Translations under genes and position numbers: made by a program
Notes under the pieces: generated by a model
The model's input: only the letters and a program-made list of their open reading frames with translations
Told to the model about the DNA's origin: nothing
Database searches by the model: none
Shown: positions 10,276 to 19,266 of the stretch, in pieces
How positions within the stretch are numbered: position 1 is the stretch's first letter
Layout of the letters: every line of letters starts with the position of its first letter
From: Candidatus Heimdallarchaeota archaeon
GTDB lineage: Archaea > Asgardarchaeota > Heimdallarchaeia > Hodarchaeales > Hodarchaeaceae
Direction of reading: 5' to 3'
Length of the DNA: 48,553 nucleotides
NCBI GenBank assembly: GCA_048881705.1
Contig: JBHLSH010000019.1
Span: 1-48,553, forward strand

Positions 10276-13200
10276 TGATGAGAAAAGGAATAAATCAGAT
10301 GATAAACTCCTTACTGGTCAACAAAATTCTTTCTCTCGTATTAATTGGTATAATCACGATTTCGTTTTATGTGGGACTATCGAACACGTTCATGGACGTT
10401 GCTCCTTCTTATCATGAATCTGAGGATTTCAGATCTCAAAGGGATTTCAGATTAATGTCATTAATGCCTTATAACCTGGCCAATCCCTCTTTTGAAGAAG
10501 AAAAGTATTCGAAATCGGCAATGCCTGAGACTACGGGCATTTACGATAATAGTGAAGTCTATGAGTCTCAAACTGCCAACGTTGGTCCTAAATCCCCACC
10601 GCGATTTCATGTGGGAGGTTCGAGCGATGGCCACGTAGGGATCGATAAGATTAGTCCGGAAGCGATGGAAATCAATGCTACCGAGATGCAATTTACCTTA
10701 AACTTTACAATCATCAATTCTCCGGGAAACCCGTCCTCTGCTCTTAAGAATCTGACCATATCAAATACCACAAACACATTTCGAATTACCACTTGGTCTA
10801 ACTGGTATTTCAGGGTAAGCCCTTTGACGAATAATTATTCCTTGAATTTCATCCTAAATAGTACAGTTCTATCCGGTTTGACCTTTGGAGAGTATAATTT
10901 GACCATTTTCACAGATATTTTGGGTCATATTAGCAGTGATTTCATTCCTCTTCCAATGAAAGATCTGAGAGTGCTGGTGACGGGAATAACAAAGGGAGGT
11001 TTGCCATACAGCGAGTTTAACAATAAATTTGGGGAGGATCAACACTTCAATGTTACTCTTCAAGTAACAGTATTCGATGGAACGAGTACAAACGCTATTC
11101 AAGTTCTCCCAAAGGTTTTCGATACATTTGGTCTGAATATTAACCCTAATGTCACTTTAATATCAGAAGCTGGAGATCAGATTAATCTGCTCTATCTATC
11201 TTCAAATGGGTTTGTCGATAATAGTTCGACATCAGCGGGAATATTCAAATTTGAGGTGAACTTGACAAAAGATATTGCCACCTTCGAAAAGTATCCTGAC
11301 GGTAATAATACATTGAAGTTCACAGTCACTTCTAATGACGGGATATCCGCCGCGGCAACGGCCTTCATCGATTCTAAAGGTACTGTTCTCATTGTAAAGT
11401 ATAAAACAATCAAAATTGGATCCAATAACCCACTGGATTATGATAATCTCACAGATAATGCAGGGTTGATCGAGATTCGTGTGAATCCAAATGAAGAGAT
11501 TAATGTTACGTATGAAGTAATAGATAATGGTACTGGATTACTAGCAGATGGCCAAAAAGTAGTTGGTCAGTTGCTTAGCTATCAAGATCCGAACCAGGCG
11601 GGTGACCCTTTTGCGATAAACACTACGCAAATTACAATAACGGCGAATGGCACCGTCACTTTGACTGCCAGTGTTATCACCCCGAGTTTTGGATATCCGT
11701 TGCTGTTCTACGTTCGTGGACATAGGACCTCTCAAGAGCAAACTCCGTCGAACATTACGATATATTGGGATCAACTGACCTATCAGTACACCTACATCGA
11801 TAATTTGGGAGATACTGGATCGAACAGCAATTTCAATCAAAAGGCCCTGGGCGTTGACACGAATTCGTGGTGGGGCTTACAATTGTCTGTTTTTTACGCA
11901 TCAGATAACTCACCTGCACTATCCTCTCAAATTTCCTATCGTTTTTCAGGCCAGCTATGGCAAAACCTGACAGATGGTAACGCTGGTGATCTTCTAGATG
12001 GAAAATTCTTCATTAATTATACACATCCTTTTCCTGAAGTCATATTATTTGAATGTATGATTGCCAATGGATCAATCATGGATCCTCAAGGAACGCTATT
12101 TGTAAATGAAACAACAATCTCCCGAACATTTAATTTAGATGTTACCTGGACGTATTTGATCGTTGATCTCATTCCAACCGAAGCTGATGAACGGCTAGGC
12201 ACGAGCATTCAGACGAGTATCACCTTGAACGCGTATTGGGCCCATGATAGTTCTGTTTTCAATGGGTTCCTTGTTGGCAGTGATTGGCTTGGAATCGAAC
12301 GTGACCTAACATTAGTGGCTGGACAAGGTATTTGGTCTGGTCTCATCCAAATTGACACTGGCAGTTATCGGTATCGGATCATCCGTATTGACGATCCCCT
12401 CTTCGGAATATCGCGTTTTACAAACACAACTGCCGGAAACAATGTGTTTATAGATCTGATTTGGGATGAAATCTACTTTACATATTCTAATTCATATAAT
12501 TCATCAATGTCTCCAGCTGTTCAGAACTTCCAAGAACAAACGAGCTTCTTTGCGAATTTTGGAACTAATGCTACTCTCTATATATATGGGAGTCATTCTT
12601 ACGATGGGGCACCATTCCAAGGGCTAGCCCTCTTATACGATTTTGATCGAGTGGATAGCTATCCATTAGATTTTAATTCAGATGGAGTAGCCATCTGGCG
12701 TGGTGACTTAAGTGATGCCCGCTTACCCGTTACATTCAGTGTCATGGAAATAACGAGTGCCTCAGTTGAAGACTGGGGGGTCACTACGGTGTATACGGGA
12801 GGATTTACCGAGGTAATAATTTCGTGGGATAAAATCGTAATCACATTTGTGACGGATCTAGTTCACAGGCACGGAGAATGGGCAGATGTGAGCATTGAAT
12901 TCACGTATCTAGTGTATGATACCCAATTAGTGAATCTTAGTTCGGTTACTTATGATCTACTCTTGACAAATGGTACCTTACGGAGCGGCATTTCTTGGGT
13001 CAACTTTCGTGATTTTAGCATGGGGCCAGCGAAAAGATCGTATAATGTAACTGGATTATTCGATCCTAGTACCGGAATTACAGGATTTGAAACCCGTTAC
13101 AGGTGGTTAGATCGTGATATGGATGAAGCCGCGGACGGAAATCTAGTCATCGTGTGGATTGATGATCAACCTCCTCGAGTACTAGATTTTCGAATCATAG

Positions 13201-14912
13201 ATTTGGCTAATGGGACAGTTCTAATCGTTGTGGACTTCACCGATGATGGGGAAGGCTGGAAGGGAAGTGGAATAGTAAATGCGAGCCTCTGGGACAGACG
13301 TCCTTCTGTCAATAGGCAAGTTCCCGACCAATCGATATTCACTAGCGGAAAAATTTCCGAGGGGGTATGGCGGTATGGCTTTCGGTACAGCTTCAATCAG
13401 AATTTTACCGGAATCTTTAATGAGAGTTACTTCCAATTTGGATGGAATGAGACACTTAGATTCACTATCGAGGTTTGGGACGATGGATCATTAATACTTC
13501 CAGGCGTTGGGGAACTTAGTCCCGCTCTTCGGCGTGAAACAAATGAGTTTTCCATTAGGATGAACAGGGATGGAGTTACTCCCAAATTCCATCTCCTCGA
13601 GCATGATTTGATCAATTACACGTACTTGGACGTAGATGATGGAGCCATACGTGTACATGTTCATGTACAAGATTTTAATTGGTCAGGCCTCAACTTAACT
13701 TCCGTGATTCTTACCGTCACAGATGAAAGTGGGGAAATTGAAACCAATTATACAATGCAACCAGATGGTCCGATTAATGTACGAAAACGAAATCCACTTG
13801 ACTACGTTTGGAACATCACTCTGACTCCTGGTCTTATTTATGATTTACGTGTATGGGTTACTGATATTGCGGGCAATACCAACAGTTCAGAGATTACTCT
13901 CACGGTGGTAGACAAAGCTCCCCCCAGAATTGGAGAGCCGATTTTGGGAAGAACTGAAGACCGTAAGCTTAACATAACTGTTGAAATATTTGAGACAGGG
14001 TCTGGAATAGCCTCAGTTTCAGCACGAATTGATGGTCATGAAGAATGGTACGAGTTGAATCCTCTAAGAACCTCAGGCGGATTTGCTGCATCAATTTCCC
14101 AAACAGGGCAGTTCTATTCCGTAATTATACCGTTGGATTTAGACCTTGGTAATGTTATCTTGCCCAAAGATTACAAGGTGATAATACGCGCAATAGATGG
14201 TGCTGGAAACCAGAAATTCTATGAAGAGGATCGGTACAAGCTTTCCTTGGGACCTCTGATATTAGAACCCGTTATTTTAATTGCCGGAGCAGTTTTACTA
14301 ATAATAGCTATCGTTGTAGGGATCCGAATCACATCGAGAACGGAAGGGTATGATGTGACTAGGATAATTAGAGATAGTGAAAGGATTTCACATCAAACGA
14401 TTCTAACTCTCATGGATGAATACGCTTTAGGAGTAACAGTGAACTTTTTTGATCAAGTTCAAGGACCTGTACCCGTTATTTGGGAACCTCCGCTTTTAGA
14501 AGACCAGGAACAGGTAATGTTAGATTTATCTGACAAATCCTTTTCTACCTTGGAATTTGTTGGTTTAGAGGAGGAAGAGCGGAGTGGAACCTTCGATTTT
14601 TCCACAGGAAGCTATGATTGTACCGCATTGGGGTACTCGTTTGCGGTCGACAACCCTCAAGCGCGTGGGGGAAAAGAGAATTTAACAATCGTATTATTAC
14701 TTCGGAAGGAGTGGGGAGATAACCTGTTGACATTCCAGGATGAATTGGTGGAAAAACTACGTGAAATCCGTGAGATGATAGAAAACAAAGAGGATCCATC
14801 CAAAATCGCATCTAGAGCACATCAGTTGCGAGAATTTGTATCACGAATTATGATTTCATTTAATAAAATATACAAAGATGTTAATTACGAAGAAAACCTT
14901 GAGGTCGAGTAA
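10272..14912 (+). CDS. Large single-pass surface protein with N-terminal signal/anchor, Ig-like ectodomain, TM and cytoplasmic uDENN/longin domain
   Basis: ATGA overlap with the upstream stop and an AAGGAG SD. Hydrophobic N-terminus ILSLVLIGIITISFYVGL. TM EPVILIAGAVLLIIAIVVGI at about 14265-14330. Tail motifs FFDQVQGPVP (14445) and DNPQARGG (Arg codon 14664-14666). Confidence 0.9.
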   Translation: MMMRKGINQMINSLLVNKILSLVLIGIITISFYVGLSNTFMDVAPSYHESEDFRSQRDFRLMSLMPYNLANPSFEEEKYSKSAMPETTGIYDNSEVYESQTANVGPKSPPRFHVGGSSDGHVGIDKISPEAMEINATEMQFTLNFTIINSPGNPSSALKNLTISNTTNTFRITTWSNWYFRVSPLTNNYSLNFILNSTVLSGLTFGEYNLTIFTDILGHISSDFIPLPMKDLRVLVTGITKGGLPYSEFNNKFGEDQHFNVTLQVTVFDGTSTNAIQVLPKVFDTFGLNINPNVTLISEAGDQINLLYLSSNGFVDNSSTSAGIFKFEVNLTKDIATFEKYPDGNNTLKFTVTSNDGISAAATAFIDSKGTVLIVKYKTIKIGSNNPLDYDNLTDNAGLIEIRVNPNEEINVTYEVIDNGTGLLADGQKVVGQLLSYQDPNQAGDPFAINTTQITITANGTVTLTASVITPSFGYPLLFYVRGHRTSQEQTPSNITIYWDQLTYQYTYIDNLGDTGSNSNFNQKALGVDTNSWWGLQLSVFYASDNSPALSSQISYRFSGQLWQNLTDGNAGDLLDGKFFINYTHPFPEVILFECMIANGSIMDPQGTLFVNETTISRTFNLDVTWTYLIVDLIPTEADERLGTSIQTSITLNAYWAHDSSVFNGFLVGSDWLGIERDLTLVAGQGIWSGLIQIDTGSYRYRIIRIDDPLFGISRFTNTTAGNNVFIDLIWDEIYFTYSNSYNSSMSPAVQNFQEQTSFFANFGTNATLYIYGSHSYDGAPFQGLALLYDFDRVDSYPLDFNSDGVAIWRGDLSDARLPVTFSVMEITSASVEDWGVTTVYTGGFTEVIISWDKIVITFVTDLVHRHGEWADVSIEFTYLVYDTQLVNLSSVTYDLLLTNGTLRSGISWVNFRDFSMGPAKRSYNVTGLFDPSTGITGFETRYRWLDRDMDEAADGNLVIVWIDDQPPRVLDFRIIDLANGTVLIVVDFTDDGEGWKGSGIVNASLWDRRPSVNRQVPDQSIFTSGKISEGVWRYGFRYSFNQNFTGIFNESYFQFGWNETLRFTIEVWDDGSLILPGVGELSPALRRETNEFSIRMNRDGVTPKFHLLEHDLINYTYLDVDDGAIRVHVHVQDFNWSGLNLTSVILTVTDESGEIETNYTMQPDGPINVRKRNPLDYVWNITLTPGLIYDLRVWVTDIAGNTNSSEITLTVVDKAPPRIGEPILGRTEDRKLNITVEIFETGSGIASVSARIDGHEEWYELNPLRTSGGFAASISQTGQFYSVIIPLDLDLGNVILPKDYKVIIRAIDGAGNQKFYEEDRYKLSLGPLILEPVILIAGAVLLIIAIVVGIRITSRTEGYDVTRIIRDSERISHQTILTLMDEYALGVTVNFFDQVQGPVPVIWEPPLLEDQEQVMLDLSDKSFSTLEFVGLEEEERSGTFDFSTGSYDCTALGYSFAVDNPQARGGKENLTIVLLLRKEWGDNLLTFQDELVEKLREIREMIENKEDPSKIASRAHQLREFVSRIMISFNKIYKDVNYEENLEVE

Positions 14913-14915
14913 AAG

Positions 14916-17876
14916 ATGAAAAAACGGAATTTTTCCCAACTTATTGTTATAGGCCTTGTGACGATGATAACTTTATCATCATTAGGGGGAACAAACCAGA
15001 ATCCCACATCTCTTGGTGTGCTAGACAGCAGCAAAATCACAATCTTTAAGCTGAGAGGTGATCCTGAAGCTACAAAGTCTTCGAACAACGTTCTTGACTC
15101 GAATCTCAATCCACAATACGCAATTCAACAAATAGACACGACTGTTTTGCTGAATGAAACAGGAACCAAGAATAATGGAGTCATCCAATTTGTAGAAAAC
15201 ATCTGGGATGACGTGCTAGGTTCCGATCCATGGGCCGTCTCGACACCTTCTATTTACCAAGATGGATTTATAGTTACCAATCCAGCGAATGTGAATAATT
15301 CGTTGTTTGTCAGAATAGGGAATGTTGAACCAGTTAATGACTCATCTTTTCCAGAAATAACAGGTGGACTTTCCGCAGGATGGGAAATAGGCTTCCCTAT
15401 TCCCGCCGCATATGACCTGATTAATGTAAGTTTTAAATGGCGCTTTGATGCTCCAGATGGCGCGTTCGATAACTACACAGTACTCTCCAATGGAGTAGTA
15501 TTGGACGGAACATACGATTTTCAAGAAATTAGAGCTCGAGTCCGCAATTCGGATGATGAGAATAAGTCATTTTGGTTGGAGGGGCCCGTTTCGAACAAGA
15601 ATCCTAATGGAACCGTTTTTTATAGGGTGGGCCCTGAAGTTACTCTCGACGAACAGTGGTTTAGCTTTAGTCGAAGTTTTTCGGTCCCTCAGGTTCCCGC
15701 TACGAATTTCACACTTGAACTGGGAGCATATCTCAATACACGAGAGTATTATAATGAATATTTTGATGTTTGGTTTGATGACATCTTGATTATGGGGTTG
15801 AATAATGTGACTGATGTTCAAGGACCAGTGCCTACGAGTTATGGACTCTCCAAAGCTGATATCGTTACAGAAAACAAATTCTGGGCGAATTTCAGCGAGG
15901 GTACGTGGGCTAGCTATGTTAAGAATGTTACAGTTATCTATAATCGGACAGGAACTCAAATCGACACAAATGTTAACCTCAGTCTTACCTACGTTCCTCC
16001 TTCCAAGATCAATAATGCGGGATATAACGAGACTCATTGGACTGAGCTGTTGAATGTTGCTTTTGGGGATGTTATTGACTTCTATTTCGTCATGTTCGAT
16101 GAAGCGAACAATTCTTATGTAACGAAAATTCTAAGTAAGACCATTCAGGATGATGCGGCTCCTGAAATCATCAGTTCCATGGATGAGGCTGATCCTTATT
16201 TTATTCGTGAAATGGGGAATGGTACGGTTCTCATTCGTGTAAACACATCGGATTTTGGAGACGCCACCTCAAAGGTGAAAATTACCTACCAGGTTGGGGG
16301 AGAGATTAAGAGCGCGCTCATGATCCAAAATGGCTCCGAATACTTCATTAAATTAAATGTTGGCTTTGGAGATGAACTAAAATTCCAAATAGAGTTAAAT
16401 GATACAGCGGGGAATTTGAACACGTTTGAAAATTTTATGATCACTGCGAAAACCGATTTTGTTGCCCCAATTATTCATAGTATCTCCATTCTTCCAAGTG
16501 AATCAACGGAAGGGCGCACATTTGTCGTAGTTAACACAACAGACGCCTACGGGGAAATCAATCAAAATGGGGTAAAATTGATCGTTAGATCTGTAAATTC
16601 TGATGGAATTACGTCAACTTTGGTTGATATACTCCCGTTAATTTACAATTCTACTCTGGACGTCTATACACTGGGATCTTCTCCATTTATTTTGCGATAT
16701 CTCGATGATCTGGACTATTTATTTACAGTGGAAGTAAGTGATCTTGGAGAACCCGTCAGTAACGTTGTTAACAAAACAGAAGTTTATACAGTACCAGACA
16801 TAATAGCCCCAAAGGTAAATAGCATCATTGAAGAGTACCCGTATCCTAGTGTCCTTTGGATAGGGATTACAGTTCAGGATCGAGGCAGTGGAGTAAAATC
16901 CGTATTCCTTGACAAAAAGACAGAGAGTGGTTGGGATAGGATGGCCCTAAAGACTGATGATGGACTTTTGTTCTATCTCACACTCCAAACTGATGTGGTC
17001 GGAAGCGAAAGAATCGAGTACAGAGTCTATGTAGTGGATAACATTGATAATGATGCATTTAGTGCTAGTAGGGTTTATGTAACCCCAATTTTTGTCACGA
17101 CATTAATGGGACTAATTGCGACGGAGGCGGTGGTTGTAACGCTCTTTGTTGCCTTTTTTACACTGATAAAAGCCGTTCAGCGTCGTCGTATTCGTGCTGT
17201 GCGTCGAGAACGTTTCGATGTTGCTCTAGGCCGGAGCGAGCGCTTGGCTTATATAGGAGAAGAAGCAATGTTTGGCTTTGTGGGTGCGTTTGGCCAGCGT
17301 GAGGGAATTGTGAGTATCCTTGCTTGGGAACCTAGCATGATTGGAAACTTCTATCAATATTTGAAAGAATTATCAGATAAAGCGAATAACTCTGTTGATT
17401 TCATCATGCAGCTCAGAGCAACTGATCTGAATACATTTGTTGATTTTAAGATCGAAGAAATCGGTTGTACTGCGCTGGTGTATGCCTATCCTGTATCGAC
17501 GCTACCTCAGCAATGGCTAGCTACCCTGACTCTTGATCAAGTTCCCCAAGGAGGGGGTCAAGGGGTCCTGTTACTTATGTTACTCATGCGTGAAAAATGG
17601 GCAGAAGTGGCCAACACCTTTCAAGAAGAAATCGCAGAGGGTATAGTTGAATTGAAAGAACTGATCCTTACTGGAGAAACAAAAGAGAATTTCCTCCAAA
17701 AAGCGAGAGAGTTTCGCAGATTTATCTCGGGTACAGTCGAAGTCCTCGAAGAAATCGAAACAGAAGTCGAAGATATCTCGGATGACATCATGGAGGATTT
17801 TGAAGCTGATTTCCTCCAGTCAGATGAAAAACCGCCTTCTTTTGATCCTAATGATGAAAGGGGCAGATTCTCGTAG
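14916..17876 (+). CDS. Single-pass surface protein with signal peptide, beta-rich ectodomain, TM and degenerate uDENN/longin domain with acidic tail
   Basis: Starts 3 nt after the previous stop, with a GAGGT SD. Signal peptide MKKRNFSQLIVIGLVTMITL. Ig-like D-x-x-A-P repeats. TM at about 17090-17170 followed by KAVQRRRIRAVRR. The tail is homologous to ORF1/2 but has DQVPQGGG in place of DNPQARGG. Confidence 0.88.
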   Translation: MKKRNFSQLIVIGLVTMITLSSLGGTNQNPTSLGVLDSSKITIFKLRGDPEATKSSNNVLDSNLNPQYAIQQIDTTVLLNETGTKNNGVIQFVENIWDDVLGSDPWAVSTPSIYQDGFIVTNPANVNNSLFVRIGNVEPVNDSSFPEITGGLSAGWEIGFPIPAAYDLINVSFKWRFDAPDGAFDNYTVLSNGVVLDGTYDFQEIRARVRNSDDENKSFWLEGPVSNKNPNGTVFYRVGPEVTLDEQWFSFSRSFSVPQVPATNFTLELGAYLNTREYYNEYFDVWFDDILIMGLNNVTDVQGPVPTSYGLSKADIVTENKFWANFSEGTWASYVKNVTVIYNRTGTQIDTNVNLSLTYVPPSKINNAGYNETHWTELLNVAFGDVIDFYFVMFDEANNSYVTKILSKTIQDDAAPEIISSMDEADPYFIREMGNGTVLIRVNTSDFGDATSKVKITYQVGGEIKSALMIQNGSEYFIKLNVGFGDELKFQIELNDTAGNLNTFENFMITAKTDFVAPIIHSISILPSESTEGRTFVVVNTTDAYGEINQNGVKLIVRSVNSDGITSTLVDILPLIYNSTLDVYTLGSSPFILRYLDDLDYLFTVEVSDLGEPVSNVVNKTEVYTVPDIIAPKVNSIIEEYPYPSVLWIGITVQDRGSGVKSVFLDKKTESGWDRMALKTDDGLLFYLTLQTDVVGSERIEYRVYVVDNIDNDAFSASRVYVTPIFVTTLMGLIATEAVVVTLFVAFFTLIKAVQRRRIRAVRRERFDVALGRSERLAYIGEEAMFGFVGAFGQREGIVSILAWEPSMIGNFYQYLKELSDKANNSVDFIMQLRATDLNTFVDFKIEEIGCTALVYAYPVSTLPQQWLATLTLDQVPQGGGQGVLLLMLLMREKWAEVANTFQEEIAEGIVELKELILTGETKENFLQKAREFRRFISGTVEVLEEIETEVEDISDDIMEDFEADFLQSDEKPPSFDPNDERGRFS

Positions 17877-17912
17877 ATCCCGGTAATGAATGTATCTTGA
17901 GGTTGATGAACT

Positions 17913-18149
17913 TTGAATGAGATTCTAAGGCTTCGGACCGAACCTTGTAGTATCTGTAATGAAACATTAGCTTTAGGGATTTCTGCGAACGAGCTGAAAC
18001 CCGATGTAACAGGTCTGGATCTCTTTATCGACAATCATGGACTCGATGACGTGGAGCAACCACATGTCCGATTGCTGTATATCGATGCAGAAGGTGTAGT
18101 TCGTACTATCTCGACTGTTTTAAAGTTCTGTCATGTACTCCATAAGTGA
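17913..18149 (+). CDS. Small putative Zn-binding protein (CxxC...H...H)
   Basis: GAGGT SD and 36 nt after ORF3. Motifs CSIC, DNHG and PHVRLLYIDAEGVVR. Confidence 0.7.
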   Translation: MNEILRLRTEPCSICNETLALGISANELKPDVTGLDLFIDNHGLDDVEQPHVRLLYIDAEGVVRTISTVLKFCHVLHK

Positions 18150-18194
18150 AAGCCGCCACTGTCTGGCTTGACACTCCCTCGTTGGTTACGACTC

Positions 18195-18608
18195 TCATTC
18201 AAGTTCAATTGGAATACGTTGTGCCACGCCACGCATCCCCTTTCTACTACAAGTGACACTGAAAAGGGGAACTCCAAATTCTACCGCGAGAAGAGTAGCA
18301 AGATCAAGACTATCCCCAACCAGAACATCAAGTATGGCACCATCTGATTGACGATAAACACGCACGTACGCACGTTCTATTCGCTGGGAACTTGCTTCAC
18401 CATATCTTTTTTCGACAAGGATCATTGTGGGCCAAATAACACCTCTTTTGAACCACCTTTTACGCTCTTCTAGTGGGATGCTCATCTGAGGGACTTTATC
18501 GGAAAGCTGAGGGAACTTAAATCCTGAATCATTTGTAACGACGTTCTCCGCAACCCGAACGTGCGGATTTTGTCTAGCAATCCAGCCGAAGGTTCTAAAC
18601 TGTGCCAC
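18195..18608 (-). CDS. Hypothetical protein (very weak resemblance of the C-terminal half to the DUF151/bifunctional nuclease fold)
   Basis: 137-aa ORF with GTG start filling the gap. AYVRVYRQ...DSLDLATLLAVEFGVPLF loosely resembles DUF151 xDAIALAxxxxxPI. Confidence 0.5.
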   Translation of the reverse strand: MAQFRTFGWIARQNPHVRVAENVVTNDSGFKFPQLSDKVPQMSIPLEERKRWFKRGVIWPTMILVEKRYGEASSQRIERAYVRVYRQSDGAILDVLVGDSLDLATLLAVEFGVPLFSVTCSRKGMRGVAQRIPIELE

Positions 18609-18782
18609 TTTTATCCACTAACTTCAATAATCCACGCCATCAATAGGGCCTAGAATTTTCAATATTGTTCGATATTCTCAGGACTTCATCCTAAAAAAGC
18701 TTTGCAGATTTTAGGTGCGTAACGAAGAGTGTTTTGATTAATTATTCCGCAGTCTCGTTCGAACATTCCATACTGCACGGGT

Positions 18783-19265
18783 TTAGGATGCAACTCGGTG
18801 AAAATCGTACCCCCACCAGATGATTTTTATGACGTTCTGAGCGAAAACCGTAAACCAGAGTACCACAATGGCAAAAAAGAGTCCCTGCAATATTGAACTT
18901 TCGGACAAGAAATCTAGGAAGTAAACAACGCCCATAACGCCTAAAATGTATAAGAGATCTGATGAAATCACTGTTCCTGCATTTAATTCGTGGTTAAGCT
19001 GAATAGACTTCTTGATTTCGTAATAAGCCAAGCTGCCACCGATTAACCCACCTAAGAAGCCCGCTATATACAGTTGTTCAGGCCACAAAAGGCGATTTGA
19101 CCATTCCCAAGCCGAAATCACAGTGAGAATGCTAATAATGAAGAATACAATAGAAACATTTGTAACTGAAGCCGTTGTAATGGCTATAACGAAATCCCAT
19201 TGATTTGGCTTTGTGGTAACTGGTTTTACTTCCAATGTGTCTGGATTTTGATCATTTGTCACCAT
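18783..19265 (-). CDS. Hypothetical multi-pass membrane protein (about 4 TM), co-transcribed with lysS
   Basis: ATG at 19265 has a GGTGA SD and sits 1 nt after the lysS stop (the ORF track extends to 19301). Four hydrophobic segments. Confidence 0.75.
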   Translation of the reverse strand: MVTNDQNPDTLEVKPVTTKPNQWDFVIAITTASVTNVSIVFFIISILTVISAWEWSNRLLWPEQLYIAGFLGGLIGGSLAYYEIKKSIQLNHELNAGTVISSDLLYILGVMGVVYFLDFLSESSILQGLFFAIVVLWFTVFAQNVIKIIWWGYDFHRVAS

Positions 19266-19266
19266 A

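Noticed and set aside
133-17876. Numerous short antisense or alternate-frame ORFs inside the three large genes (e.g. 133-480, 6090-6536, 15567-16037)
   Set aside because: They are fully nested in long, motif-bearing CDSs and have no recognisable motifs or SD sites. They are shadow ORFs.
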